64,000 bases of DNA from Paraphysomonas bandaiensis (lineage: Eukaryota > Protista > Chrysophyceae): assembly GCA_965644295.1 (NCBI GenBank), contig CBFFRP010000280.1:62001-126000 (forward strand). Reading direction: 5' to 3'. The position numbers and the translations under genes were made by a program. Below the pieces are notes generated by a model. That model was not told where the DNA came from and searched no databases. It was given only the letters and a program-made list of their open reading frames with translations. Of this stretch, positions 22,912 to 36,790 are shown piece by piece (within the stretch, counting starts at the first letter, position 1; every line of letters starts with the position of its first letter).

Positions 22912-24322
22912 TGTAGCTTATCCCCATGATGTTGAAAGCCTAATATTAGATTGAATAGATATTAGTAGCTTGCTTGCTGTATGAAGAAATAGTGTTTCCT
23001 GATTAAAATTAAGAAATCAAATGAGAATTCATATTGAATGTGTATACTGTGTATGATTTGGGAATTGTAATTGCACTATATATCAACTCAAACAATAAAC
23101 CCCCAAATTTCTATATGTAATGGCTACTCAAATGCACTCCTAGCACAGAACGATATTGAGGGAATGGCAACTGCGAGGTGTTGAATTTCGTACATAAGTG
23201 TGATGATGACCACGAACAGTGGTTGTCGCATGAAAAGCTTCTTATTGCCTTTTAATTAGCATCATTATCACATTTATATACAGTACGCTTAACCTCTGCT
23301 AGTGCACCTGAGTGAATGATGTGTGTATGATAAGAGGCACACAATATCCTAATAAGCACAATGCTTCCCGAACCCTGAAAGAACTGGATGCCACTGCCCT
23401 TAACCACCTATACAGCATCAGATATGGCACTTAAACTCTCCTGAAATATTATTGAAGTTGTTTCGAAGTCCTGGTTATGAAGGTAGATCACTTGTACTGA
23501 CATCATTATGATCTTCAACAGCAGTCGAAGGATGGAATATAACTTATAGTGATTGATGAGCAGCTTTGAATAGTTGGCTCATCACTGTGGTTTCTCTTTC
23601 TCTACAAATGTGTGATATAATGAATTCACAAACATACAAATGATGGCTGGTTATATCATAAATAAGATAGAAGTGAACATCTGTTGAATATTGAAGTTGA
23701 ATGTCTATATCAGCCCGGTGCTGATATGAGCGCTCTGTTGAGCCCAAATCAGGCCAAAAAAGCCTTTTTGAGACAAAATGGGGATATACTTACAAGCATA
23801 GATAGGCTGGCTACTGGATAGTCATACACTGTTGTGTTTATTAAATATTATGCAAATATAAGTTTATTTTTATGTTTGAAAGTTTGTTTTGATGCCCTGT
23901 AAGCCACTAATATATTGTGTGGTGTGAGATGGTATCTTGTATCTTAGACAGTCACAGTGTGAAATCAATGGATAGAAGGACAACTAGATTGAATACCAAA
24001 ATTGACTATAGGTTGAGTCATTGATTACTTTGACTAGTTAGGTTTCTCTAAGTTTGACAGTATATGAGAAGAATTAACTTGACAACAGAAGGTAACTGTT
24101 AACTTATATACTCAATGCTGAGAATTATAAATTATAATCAATATCTCTTACCACTCATCAATTTTATGTTGTCTCTACTACCACTCATTTCTTGTACGAC
24201 GATCTTACTTCGTCACTACAACTTGCATCGTCACTATATTCCGTTTTACCACTATATACTTATCGTCATTCATTCTCACAGTACGATTAACAAGACTACA
24301 ACTGTATACCGTATTGGAAGTC

Positions 24323-24459
24323 AGCATCTTATTTTTCGGAAATAAATTGAAGCAAATATACTCTACATTACTGCAATACAACTACGGATGGAACACACAT
24401 AATTTTTGTCTCAATATTAGAGGCATCCTTGAACAATAATATACAAATGATGCCGATAC
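24323..24459 (+). repeat. Dispersed ~125-bp repeat, copy C
   Basis: AGCATCTTATTTTTCGGAAATAAATTGAAGCAAATATACTCTACATTACTGCAATACAACTACGGATGGAACACACATAATTTTTGTCTCAATATTAGAGGCATCCTTGAACAA. Confidence 0.85.
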
Positions 24460-25208
24460 GACTACTGTAATTTAAATACCTTACAACTACAGTTTTCAAT
24501 GGCTCTCATATAGCAGCACTCAACAAGTGTGACTAGGTCGAAGGTCGAATAATATTTCCGTTTCTGACATGTTGAAGTAGATGGTGTTCAAATAGAAAAG
24601 CGCGCTGTAGTAACGTAGTAACCTAGAAGTACAACAAGTGTCCTGACGAAAATCAGAGCCCCAAGATTATGCATCACAGCATAAAACAATCACAATACTT
24701 TTATCTTAATTCTGACATGACGTGAACATCAGTAGAGCGCATCGATACTACAGGAGAACAATACTAGTATATTACTGTTTGCACAAATAGTACATGTACT
24801 CCGAAAGCGCGTCATAATTAATGCCATATAATGTAAACTGTATGGGTTGAAATATGTCGGCATGTCAGCAGAGTCACCCCTGGCATATATAATATTCATG
24901 AAAAGCGAAAACAAAGACACATTTGACTACAGTCTAAGGAAGTAACTGTGAACTTGCAGCGCTAGTGAACCGGCACATGGCAAGTACAATGACAGATACC
25001 CTCATTGAGGGCTGTCACAGTATCACAACACCAAACACACATCTTAAAACATATAAAACCAGATTCAGCGATATAACACGAACTGCGACAACGCAGAACA
25101 CTGATCATTTATTCCAGCTAGACACCACAGAATCCAGTGATCGCCAATGTCGCACAGTATATACAAGAGTGATAACTCATCTCCACAATTTCAAATCAAA
25201 GAAGCAAA

Positions 25209-26678
25209 TTATACGGCCGGCACACAAGATGAGTTCCTCCAAAGAGAGCGCACAGAGGCATACATGCCAGCGAGTTGCCGCCCAACCATTCCTCCTCCCC
25301 AACGGCTTGATAGACCCACCGTACTGGTACTACTCCTACTCGGAGTTTTCGAGGATGGAAGTTCATGTTCTGTATGTTCTGATATCTCATCACAAGCACC
25401 GCCAACACGATTACCAATCAGAGAGGTGAATTTGAAATTAGCCACATCTTCAACAGAAAGGTTGCTACTGGTGCGGCTAACGATACTGATGCCACTCTTG
25501 CGCATGGCTTTCACCTTACTCTCCGCAATGATTGCCTTAAGCTGAGATTCATACTGTGAAAACTCCATGCGAGTGACGGTCACATTGTAGTCCAACACAC
25601 CAAGTAGAGTGCTTTCAAGTGTATTGAGCCGCTTCACAGTGAGTCCTCCAAAAAGCCCCGCAAAAGCGCCGTTTGTGACACTATACTCGTCCCACACCTA
25701 TAACAGGTTAATCACACTTGTGTAAAAGTAACCTAATAGCATATTTTACAATCATACATTCAAAAAGTATTCAGCCTGCAGCTATGTCATACCTTGGAGG
25801 CGATAAGGACGCACGCCAACAATGTGGCCTTCCAGTTATAGACGCATATGCGGAACTCAGTGTCTGTAATGGCCATAACCCTTTCAAGGTATATAAGGGA
25901 GATAACTAAGCATTCCAGTTCCATGGCTGTGTGCTCAGTGACTTTCGACAGAAAATCATAGAGATCCTGAAGACATACGTCCTATGAAAAATCATTATTA
26001 GTGAAAAGGAAATATCCGTTGAGCAGACATAGTACCTCAACATCCTTCAAAGTGAGTTTTTCTCGACCTCCGGAATTAAATTCTGAGTATTTGTGACCAG
26101 AACTATTAATCACTTTGTCTGGAGGAAAGTAGTTCGTACTGTGCGATGCTTGTATGTGCATTAAAACCACTGCGGCGATGCAACGGATTAGTTCTTCTCC
26201 CCCACACTCACTCTCAGCCTCATCTTTAGTTTCATAGGATCTAACGCTCAGTACTTGATCGTAGTCGACATCACTCTGTTGCCGTAGGGCAAGAATATGT
26301 GCAGGTGTTGAGGTACTAGGAGTTATATCAGTCCGTCTACGAGGTACTACTTTCTGAGGTGAGTTCCGCTTTGTTCCCTCTGCAGGTGATATCTCTATCT
26401 TAAGGGACCCTGTGCTGTATCGCCTCCTGGATGTGAACCGGACTATATCAGACGCCCATGATGTACGTGAACTCTTAGGGGGTCTAGGACTCTTTTCCTG
26501 GAGTTGACATGGTGTATCTAATATCACCAATAGCTGCTTCAGTTCTTTCACTGTATCGTATTCACATATCAGTCTATGAGTATGTATGTATGTGTGTATG
26601 TGTATAGGTACCTTCATAGTTAGTTAGAGGACGAAAATTATCGGAACAGAGTGTCAATTCGCTGTCTTGTTTTGTCAT
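25209..26678 (-). CDS. Cyclin-Y-like / P-type cyclin, multi-exon
   Basis: Spliced cyclin box ECLVISLIYLERV...NWKATLLACVLIASK|VWDEYSVTN...LNTLESTLLGVLDYNVTV...FSQY; ATG at 26678 (MTKQDSEL). Confidence 0.8.
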
Positions 26679-27358
26679 GATAACTCTGAGGATATCTTCT
26701 GAGGATAGACAGATGGATGTCTTTGTCTTATGAGGTTGTGTTGTATATATATATGACTCATGTGTCAACTGCTATCTCTCTATGTATCTACACACGCTTG
26801 TATATAGAGAGATACGTACACATACTTCGTACTGTACAGCACACGACGTACGTACACCGTCATATCTACCGCCTCTTCCCTCATGTACAAGATACCATCA
26901 CAGATGTTGGGAAAGTCAGGGGCGTACAAAACGTCAGCTTTAGGAATTAAATTCCTAGGAGTGTTTTTTCCTATTGGGGTTTTCATGAGAAAAAGTATAT
27001 ACTCTGTAGATATTTACTATGGAGTATTGAAACCACCTAGTTTTAGCTTCATAGACCTAGAAAAAGCACATTGTGTAGGATATAAACCAGTATTTCTAGG
27101 AAATCCACTGCAAAAGTAGCATTGATCATACGCAATATAGATACACACACAGCAGTGATAGATATATTTTTGGTAGTGTATATATCCATACATTACACTG
27201 AGCAGTTCTGGTTATCTACAATAGTCACCGCTATAGCCTATAGGTTCAATCCACTCCTCTTTGGGATTGAATAGCCACAAATTATGTCAATGATACAGTC
27301 AGTGTGAACGCTAAAATGATTCCTAATTGTGTTATTCGCAGGTCCATGAATTGAAATT

Positions 27359-28279
27359 ATGTTTAGTTGTGTTTCATCTGTGACGCCTATCAACTCTCTT
27401 AATCATATCATTAACGAATTATGGTTATGGCTGTATGAACAGCCGATTATACACTGGAATATGCTGGAGGCTTACGTAGCAGGAGCGAGTTTTACTCTAT
27501 GGATAATTATCTTTCGCGTAATGGATCAATTCCCATCCCTCGCGAAGTACAAATTTCCTGGCAACACCCCAGTTAAGCTCTTCCTACCGGATCATAATGC
27601 ATCGTGGCTTCCGTTGATAGTGTATTTGATGTCTATTCATGTGTATCACTACTTTGTTCCTAAGGCGCCGTTACTGCAAGATGCCCCTACTATCCAGCGT
27701 TTGATTATAGAGGTTGCTTATGGCATTCTCGCCTACGACTTCATATTTTTCTGGGTTCATCTTGCAATGCATAAGGTGACGTTGATGGCATACTTATCTA
27801 GGCATTATGTACATCACACTCAGACCCACTTGTGCGCCTCGGAAGTCCAGCACAATTCTATTGTTGACGGCTCCTTGCAAGTGATGGTAAATATCTTTGT
27901 TCAGAACTTGACTACAGGAGTATATGGTCGGAAACACTTTCTGTCGAGAGTTATTCACAATGTGCTTATAACCTATATGCTAACTGAGATCCATGCTGGA
28001 TACGACGGCTTTTGGTCTATGCATCGTCTTTTTCCGAGACTGATTGGTGGTGCTCGACGACATGAGTTACACCACAAGAGCAGCAATGCTGGATACTATC
28101 AACAATTTTTTATGTATTTGGATGACACTATCAGTTGTATTTATAAGTTAAGTGCACACCATAATTGTCTTTCGAGTAAATACGACGTTACACTGAGTAG
28201 TATTGCTTTTTCAAAAGTATCTCTTACGCTACTAGCCTCATTTGCTACGATTACTATTTATATGTTTTGTTTGAACTAG
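27359..28279 (+). CDS. Fatty acid hydroxylase / sterol desaturase superfamily enzyme (C4-methylsterol oxidase or cholesterol 25-hydroxylase-like)
   Basis: His boxes YDFIFFWVHLAMH, HYVHH, EIHAGYD, HELHH, YQQFFMYLD; several hydrophobic segments; intronless. Confidence 0.85.
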   Translation: MFSCVSSVTPINSLNHIINELWLWLYEQPIIHWNMLEAYVAGASFTLWIIIFRVMDQFPSLAKYKFPGNTPVKLFLPDHNASWLPLIVYLMSIHVYHYFVPKAPLLQDAPTIQRLIIEVAYGILAYDFIFFWVHLAMHKVTLMAYLSRHYVHHTQTHLCASEVQHNSIVDGSLQVMVNIFVQNLTTGVYGRKHFLSRVIHNVLITYMLTEIHAGYDGFWSMHRLFPRLIGGARRHELHHKSSNAGYYQQFFMYLDDTISCIYKLSAHHNCLSSKYDVTLSSIAFSKVSLTLLASFATITIYMFCLN

Positions 28280-29372
28280 AATAAATGTTATGTATTTTGT
28301 GATCTCCTGCTGCAAGTATTTTTAGTACCGCAGTATTCATTATCAGTGTAATAAAGAAATCGTGTCTGAAAAACGTCAGTCTTTAGTGAAACGTTGACAT
28401 CATATATAATATATATTGAATACCACAGGAAAGCTAAGTACAAAGTACAGCCGATAGGATAAATTGATATCCTTGGATACGACGATAAAACTACGAAATC
28501 TTATGAGTATAAAACTATTGTTGACTACAATAATGTAAGCAGTTACATTGTATTGTATATTTTGAGGATGTTATTACACTACTCCACAACTCAACTAAAT
28601 ATCAGATTAATATAGTAATGTGCATCTTAGTCACTCTTATCTAATTCTACTTCTGTTATGAAGTTATATGTAGCTTAACATGTTCCAGAATACTACTATA
28701 CCTAAGACCAGAGTATAGTTAATAGGCATATAATACTGTTAAGTTGCAGATACAAAAGTTAATAACCCTAATTCTTGTTGCATAATATTTTGCTCGTAAA
28801 GGTTCCTTTTGAATGGATACTCTGAAGGGCGTACATAGTAAGTTGTACGAAATAGATTAGAATGACTGGTATTTCGAATTAGAAACATTCATAGCAATAT
28901 CACTTACACGACTGCATGTACGTAAGAAACACTTGCCTTGTAACGCGGTAGATTAACAAGATTGATGTCAAGATGACACACAAAGGATCATGACAAGTAT
29001 AGCTTGTGTATGTCTAACTATATGATTGTGGAGCTTCTGGCATTATCACAGCCCATAGTAGACATCGAGTGCTCTTAGTTGTGGTGCTGTGTCCTCATTG
29101 TCCTCTTGTGTATGCATAGTGATCAGCAGTATACAATGAAAGTGTGGAATACAGCAGAATACATCATATGTATGTAGATACTGTATACAACTGTAGGATA
29201 TGTATACTATGTATGGTATAGAGTGCTGTATGATTGTACCTATACAGTGTCCTGTACATGATAGTAGACGGCACGGCTCTCAGGTGGGGTTATGGATCCA
29301 GTGCCAGTGCCACTCTCAGTCATAGTGAAGTATCGGAAGCTATAAGCGAAAGCTCGAAGAGACCATCACATC

Positions 29373-31237
29373 ATGTCATATGCAGAGAGCAAGACTGCAG
29401 ATGTATGTATATGTATATGTGTATGTATGTATGGATATGTATGTATGTATGTATGAGTGCAGCTGATGATGTACTTACAGGCAAGTGATACGATGGATTA
29501 CGAAAGTGTACGAGCAGAAAATATTAAACGAAATACTGAATTCTTAAACAGTATCGGCATCGACTCCGTCAAAGAGATCATAGCAGACTCTCACAATAGA
29601 AAGAAAACAACACACAAGGGTGCAGAGAAACGAAAACGGACACCTGTAGCACCTGCTCGACGATCTGGACGGATTACTATAGACCGTTTAAAGAATGAGA
29701 TTGAAGAGGCGAAACAATCTGGTAATGCAGCTGATATTGAAGCGAAACAAGCGATGTTGAGTCAGATGGTCGCTGATAAGGCTCAAGCATCATACGAAGC
29801 AGTTATCACCGCAGAAAGTGAGGTGAAAGATCGTTTTAATGATGAACCTATTACCATGGATACTATTTTGAATGAGCCGAAAGATGGTGCCAACGGTAAT
29901 GTGCTGACGGTCAGCATGAAGGATATCACTGTCTCGGAATGCACTATGTCTACGAATGTCAACAAGTGGCACATGGAGGATAACGAAGAGTATCGGCTTG
30001 CCATGTCATGCTTGCAAATAAAAGAGGAAGATGTGGCGAAGGTGACCACGGCACGCATTACAGCTGTAGCAGTGCATCCCAGCATGTCTCGCACCATAGT
30101 GTGCGCTGGGGACAAATTGGGCTATGTAGGTATATGGGATGCCGGCGACGCAGTAGAGGTATGACAGTCGTCCTGTACATGACTTTCTTGCTGTGCATGA
30201 CGCTGATACAGGGTGTGGTTGATGCCTCAACAGGAGGAAATGAGGGCGTGTACTTGTACCAACCGCATGTGTCGAGTATATGTGGACTCCACTGCTCCTC
30301 TCAAGAGCCCTCGCGAATTTGGTCGTGCTCCTATGACGGCACGATTCGAGTCACAGATATGCAATCCTCATCCTTCATGCATGTGTATTCGTCACCTGGT
30401 GATCTCTACGATGTGTCTTTTACAGACGCTTCATTTGTGGAGGGTGCAAGTGGTGTGAATTCCATATTCACTTCGTGTCATGATGGGAGTGTAGGGGTCA
30501 TTGACCCGCGTGCTGGCACATGTGGATGGTCATATGAAGTACACGATGGTAAGCCGAGCTTATGCTAGTGTATATTATGAAAGCAATATGTCACCTTTTT
30601 GCTAGCTACCCGTTTTGAAAATTATCGTTGACTTCATGTATCATGTGTAGGGAAGGTGACCTCTATACAATGCCACCCGGTTGATGAACACATGATTGTA
30701 ACAGCTGGGAGAGCGGGTTACATAGCCATACACGATATTCGACGGGCGGGTAAAAAGTGGACACCCTTGAATACTCTTACTGGACACACAAAATCTGTAA
30801 ATGCGGCGCATGTATCTCCGGATGGTCAGCATATGGTGTCTGTATGCCAAGACGACACAATCAAGCTCTGGCATGACTTTATGACTCCAAAGAAAGGGAA
30901 TTGCCATACGTTGCGGCATAATAATCATACAGGCCGATGGCTGAGTACTTTTAAGCCGTGTTTTGACCCTAAAGTACCGAGTGCATTAGTAATGGGTTCC
31001 ATGGACAAAAACCCTCGCCGTGTTGAAGTATTCACCGTATCATATTCTGGTACGTCGTCGAATGGAAAGTCTCCGAAGAAGAATAAAAGTAATTCGCCCA
31101 TGGGATATCAACTTGATCCTCCTCTAAACATGATGAGCGAAAACCTCAATTCTATATGCTCCAGACACGCTTTCCATCCCAACAGGAATGTGTTGGCCAG
31201 TGGAAATTCCAGTGGCAGGGTACATATATTTCGATAG
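29373..31237 (+). CDS. WDR76: WD40 DNA damage-binding protein WDR76/CMR1, multi-exon
   Basis: N-terminal DYESVRAENIKRNTEFLNSIGI; VAKVTTARITAVAVHP..AGDKLGYVGIWD; SCSYDGTIR; HNNHTGRWLSTFKPCFDP; ASGNSSGRVHIFR. Confidence 0.9.
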
Positions 31238-31937
31238 AGGTTGGTATTTACCTTATATGTTATCAAGGTCATTTTATTTTTTGCAATGTGAGGTACTGGT
31301 TAGCTATGTCTCTTTGGCTGTTAGTAAGAGCATACTCACCAGATGTTAGTAATATAAACACTACTTTGATTTTGAATACATGCAAATCTCTGCTTAAAAT
31401 GATGTTTTCAAGCTACCAAATATCACGACGTGATGTTGCTGTCGGAATTAAATACTGAACCTAATCAACACGGTTGAAGTGGCTCGGGCTCGTCATTCAA
31501 AACTATGAAATTTGTAATATCGATGTATTATATCGTTCAAACTGGGCACTATGTGCTCGCATTACAGAACGTGTTCGTGGTCATAGCAAGTTGTTCGAGT
31601 AGCTAATCATTCCACTGCAGAATCACTAATTACATGATGAGAAGTGTGCACAATAAGTACGGAAAAGCAGTATTAAGAAGCCTTATTATTATATCATTTT
31701 TTTGACACACTACTAATTATATGCAGCTACTATATCATAGATGCGTACCAATTAGTAGCCATTAGCATGGGCATGTTTGCTTATGACTTAGCTCAACAAC
31801 CAAATGTTGAAATAAGATTAACAAATACAAAACCTAACATCAATAAATTCTACGAAGTGGAACTTATATAGTTTTATTCTAGCGCAATCATACAGCTCGC
31901 AGTATATTGCTGGTTGCAAAGAAGGTGCTAATAAGGG

Positions 31938-33446
31938 TTACCAGAGGCGTGTAGGCCTACCCTGTCTGTTGTGGCCAGGTATAGGTCGTCCCCGTCCGCT
32001 GGGTACAGCATACTCAGGTGGTACAGGAGGCTTGTTAACCTTCGCTTTTGAAGGCTGACGGGGCATATGCGGTGGGTTCACATGGTAAGCAGCAGCTGCA
32101 GATGGGTGAGCATGAGGATTGGCCTTCGTACCTTTGCGCTCATGTCTCTGCCGTCTGCGTTCCACAGCCTTCACCTTGGCGGGCTTCCTCGATGCCGAAT
32201 CCACTGACTCAGATTCCTTATCCACCGAAGCAGCATCACTGTTGTTTTCGTCACCGCATTCATTAGCATTTAGTTTAGCTTTGCTGTCCACATTTTCTTT
32301 CACGTTTTTGTATTGTTCTGCTACAGTCCAAGCGGTTGGTGTGTTCGGACGTACATCAGGGTAGCACGCCTTGGGTAGAGCGTGATTCAACTTCCGCAAG
32401 TTATGAGGCACCTTTATGGTTTGTAAGAGGTTTGGAAAGCTAGCTTTACCTTGTTGACTAATAACATCACTGGCGGCTTCATCGGAGGCATCCAGATGCA
32501 GCTTACTCGAGAACTCCGGAGATTTCAGCATGTCGTCTGCAGTAGGTCGAGAACGAGGATTCAATCGTAGTAAGTTAGCTACCGCACGATGCAATGCAGG
32601 ACTGTACTTCGATGGGAGAGACGAGTATCGACCACATGTTACAGCGCGCTTTAAGGAAGGGAAGCTATCACCCTGGAAAGGGGGGCGCAAGGCACAGAGC
32701 TCGTAGATCATGCATCCAAGAGACCACATGTCAGACGAAGAGTCGTAAGGACGATTCTGCCATATCTCAGGTGACATGTAATAAGGAGTGCCTATTTGTG
32801 TCTTGAGATTTCCCTTGTTCATTGTTTTGGAAACATTCATGTCTCCAACTTTGACCGAGCCATCAGCGGCGATAAAGCTGTTGGCAGTTTTCAAGTCGCG
32901 GTGACATATTCCCTTCTCGTGTAGATACTTCAAAGCCTTCAAAGATTGAATAAAGTACCGCCATATAACATCTTCGTCAATATACTGTCGGCGGCGCTTG
33001 TACCTTTCCACTTTTTGCGCAAGGTCTCCGCAACCACAGTACTAACCAACATTTTAGAAACGAACACTACAAGCTTCCATAATATCTCACCTCCATAATG
33101 ATACATAACTCGGTTTCGTTGTTTTCTATATGAGTAAGAATATTATAAACACAAAGAAGATTTATAATGCGTACCGAGGAATGCCTCTAAGAACCCGACG
33201 ACGTTCTTATGACGAATAGATGCAAGAAATCGAATCTCATTAAGAGCATCAGCAATTTCTCGCTTGCTCATTTTCCCGATTTTCACTCTCTTCAGTGCAT
33301 ACACGTTATTATCTGATTTTCTCATCACCTTCAATACGATAAATGCGTTATCCAGAAGTATATATATATATATTGCACACCTTATAAACACTGGCAAATG
33401 AGCCTTTCCCCACTGACTCCACAACTCTAAAGTCTGAGAGTGGCAT
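31938..33446 (-). CDS. NIMA-related (NEK) Ser/Thr kinase, multi-exon
   Basis: GKGSFASVYK, YALKRV, ALNEIRFLASIRHKN, HRDLKTAN, GDMNVSK, TQIGTPYYMSPEIW, DMWSLGC, TIKVP..L...LPKACY tail. Confidence 0.93.
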
Positions 33447-33846
33447 TGTTCAAATAGTTTCTACCCCAATAAGCTTAAATTAACTGTATCTTATACAGTC
33501 AAGTGTTGAATTGATTGTGTTGTATTGAAATTAACAGACAGAGTGTGCAGATAAGTTTGATAGCAACTGTCAACGGTCACAATCAACCTGCTGCTCGTGA
33601 TGTTTGTTTCTTTGACGTATTCTGTATATAGTTTATACTACGTGAGAATACGGTGAAGTGGATTCGTTGTGCTGTACACATGTATTGCGGAGTATACAGA
33701 AGTACGATCTCTATATACAGCAGCACATACATGTATGTGTATGGGTATGTATGTATGGGTATGTATGAGGAGAGCTCTCTGATATACATACACAAGAGCC
33801 TGTCATCATATTGATCTCCTCACACACATCTCAATCACACACTAAT

Positions 33847-35559
33847 ATGGCAACTCTATCAAGTGTGGCAACTTTCATTAAAACAGAGTCTGAATTAATG
33901 GGACAAAGAGAGCTCCTTAACTCCCTGTCCGTCCCTGAGAGGTGGGTATGCATACATACACAGACATACATATATATAATCATATATATATAGAAACAAA
34001 CGTAACAATGAGCTCAGAGAGAAATATCATGACATTCTCAGATCAGAAAACACATCCCCTGTAGCTGATAAGATGTTCCGCTTACGTCGCCTTGTATTAG
34101 ACTGTGGATTACCAGACAACACGGAGGAAGAAGATCAGTCATATGACGTCAAGTGTTCTCTCAGAGCATTAGTATGGAAACTCTTACTTGGTGCTCTCTC
34201 AGTAGATGCTAATAAATATGTAGATCTTGTTGAGGTGATGTGATTTGTTGTGTTCCCTGTTGATGTATTCTGATAAACATGCAGTTGGGACCGTGTAATG
34301 AAGACAAAAAGATTCGTAACGATACATTTCGTACATATAAGAATAACGACGAATTTTGGGGTCGCGTTGATGAGGGAAAGTTGGCACGAGTGCTAAATGT
34401 CTTTGCCAGGACTAATAGCGCTTGTGGGACTGAGGACCGACAGCCAAGCCCTGGATATGTACAAGGAATGAATGTGCTTGCTGCCCCATTCCTGTTTCTT
34501 ATGCCAGAAATTGACGCTTATACAGGTGCAGAATAGCCTCATATTTCGTGGTATTTGTTGTTTTTTCTGATTTGATATTGTAATATAGTAGCGTAGCTGC
34601 TTGTCTCAAATTTTTAACGCTATTTTATATCAGCATTCAGTACCTTAATTACTCGCCACTGTCCCCGATATGTACTGTCTAATCTGGATGGGGCTCATCA
34701 CGGCTGCACACTGGTAGACCGACTTTTGGAGCTCCTCGATCCTGCATTACATGCCCACATCAATGATAGAATATGTCGTGCAGAGATATTTGCATTTCAA
34801 TTTACTATCACTTTATTGGCGAATATGAGCCCTCTGCAAGAAGTTGTCAGGGTGTGGGATGCCATATTTGCTTTCGGTATACACTTTGCGGTGTTGCTTG
34901 TCACAGCTCATGTAATGCGAATGCGGGACAAGCTGCTGGTTGAGGACAAGGCTTTCAGGTACATGACTTGCAATCAATGGGGGAATGCTGTCATGATTCG
35001 TCGTGTTGGAATATAATCTGAATTACGGTCTTGTATTGTACCATAGGATTCAGCGCATGATATTTCAGGAGCCCTTAGATGCTCGCGTACTGGTAGGATG
35101 TGCATTGAGTTTGGTCAAATTCATTCCTGAGGGGCTTTTCTGTGAGTTAATGACCCACCCAGTTGAAAGACCGAGTGATGTATCGAAAGTGCTTTCTAGG
35201 TGCGTACGATGCCTGTGGTTGTATATGATGACCGTAAATCTTGTAGGGACTATGAAAGAGCTGGTGCTGGCTCTGATGTATTACATGCATCTGGAAGGCG
35301 ACCATTATCTGTGGGTAACAAGACTGGTGGAGCTACTAAACCTCAACGAGCCTCTCGGAGAGCTGTTTCTCCATCCCATGGAACCAATCTATCCACAGAC
35401 CGGTCTGATTGCTCAGGAGGGTCGCGAAGAAGGAGACCAAACAGTGCTGGAAGAGTCAGGAGCTCTGCTGCTATTGGTGCTGGCCACATGTCAGCCTCGA
35501 GCGAAAAGCCAACCAGACCACAGAGGTATTGTGACTGTTCATACATTGTTATTAGCTAG
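33847..35559 (+). CDS. BUB2: TBC-domain GAP, Bub2/Cdc16 homolog, multi-exon (3' end uncertain)
   Basis: LRRLVLDCGLPD, SLRALVWKLLLG, KIRNDTFRT, GYVQGMNVLAAPFL, HCPRYV..NLDGAHHGC.LVD.LL..LDP.L, AEIFAF, PLQEVVRVWD. Confidence 0.8.
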
Positions 35560-36790
35560 ACTTCGTTGTATCAGTTGTACACATATATATTTCGTGCAAA
35601 TATTAACTCTTTGTGTGTAGTGTAAAACATCAAACCCCGTGGAGATAGTATCTTAAAGAAGGATCAGAACCGCTGATAATCCATCGAGAGTTATATATAT
35701 TGTAAATAGGCTGAGTTTATTATGTATTTTAATCCAACCAGTATAATTGCATAATATGCGCATTAAATAATCTCTATTACTGCACGTTTGAGAAATAGCG
35801 GTGATATATAGTTAAAGAAACGAAATGGGGTGCGACTGATTTTATTAGACATGGCTGGCCGTACATAATTTCGCAATATGCGATGCGTCATAACATGTTA
35901 ACGTTATAGTGTTAAGTAAAATGGCAACTTTCAGCTAAAAACAGCAACTCCACGAAATATGAGCACACAATCAAAGTCCCAGTTCGGTCAACGTCCCATG
36001 AAGCCACACCAGTCCAGCATAAATTATATAGGATATAGGTAGCACCCTATACTGCACAGAATGCTTGTTAGATAATTTCAATTATTATTGTTAAATCCCT
36101 CTCGCCTATTTATAGCCTATCAATTGGTACACAAGCCTGGTATTCTTCATGGAAACTGTAGACTACGATAAGGGTAGTTCTCCACTCCCTCTTTGACCTA
36201 AATGAATATATTTCTGAAAGTTCAAAAATGTTCAGATTTATCTTTATCACAGAAACTTTTCTTATCATTGCCAGAATGTTGAGATCATAACAGACTAGGA
36301 CAATATCATCGTGTATGTGAAAGAGGGAGTGGAGAATTACCTTATCGTAGTCAATTGGGAGTATAAATCGTCGAAGCCAAGTATAATTGATTATCAGTAT
36401 GTGATCAGTTGAAGAGGCAATAGGTTCAGTGATCAAAGGTTTGAGATGCATCATAATAATGTTGAATTACAACATACTCGTTAATTCTAGTCTGCTCTGC
36501 AGCAGATAGCACAGAACTTTTATTAAGGAAGGCTGCAGCAAATAGAGATAAGATAATGATTAGACTACTTATTGCATGTAATTTAAATTAATTGTTCAGT
36601 TCCATTCAGTCTAGAGATAACACTTACAGCTATGCATATCTCAAAGAAATATCTACACTTTTTTCGTTTCTTCGTATATTCGTGTATATCTATGTATAAC
36701 TAGGCAAGCAGATACGAGAAAAAAGTACTCGTTGTATGAGTATTATGCTTAAAAAGTCGATAAATATGGTTGTGGTATATTGACGTCGTC

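Noticed and set aside
36110-36454. 114-aa ORF (also 38102-38353, 42477-42731, 1338-1589)
   Set aside because: No recognisable motifs or splice partners; possibly decayed TE sequence but not supportable.
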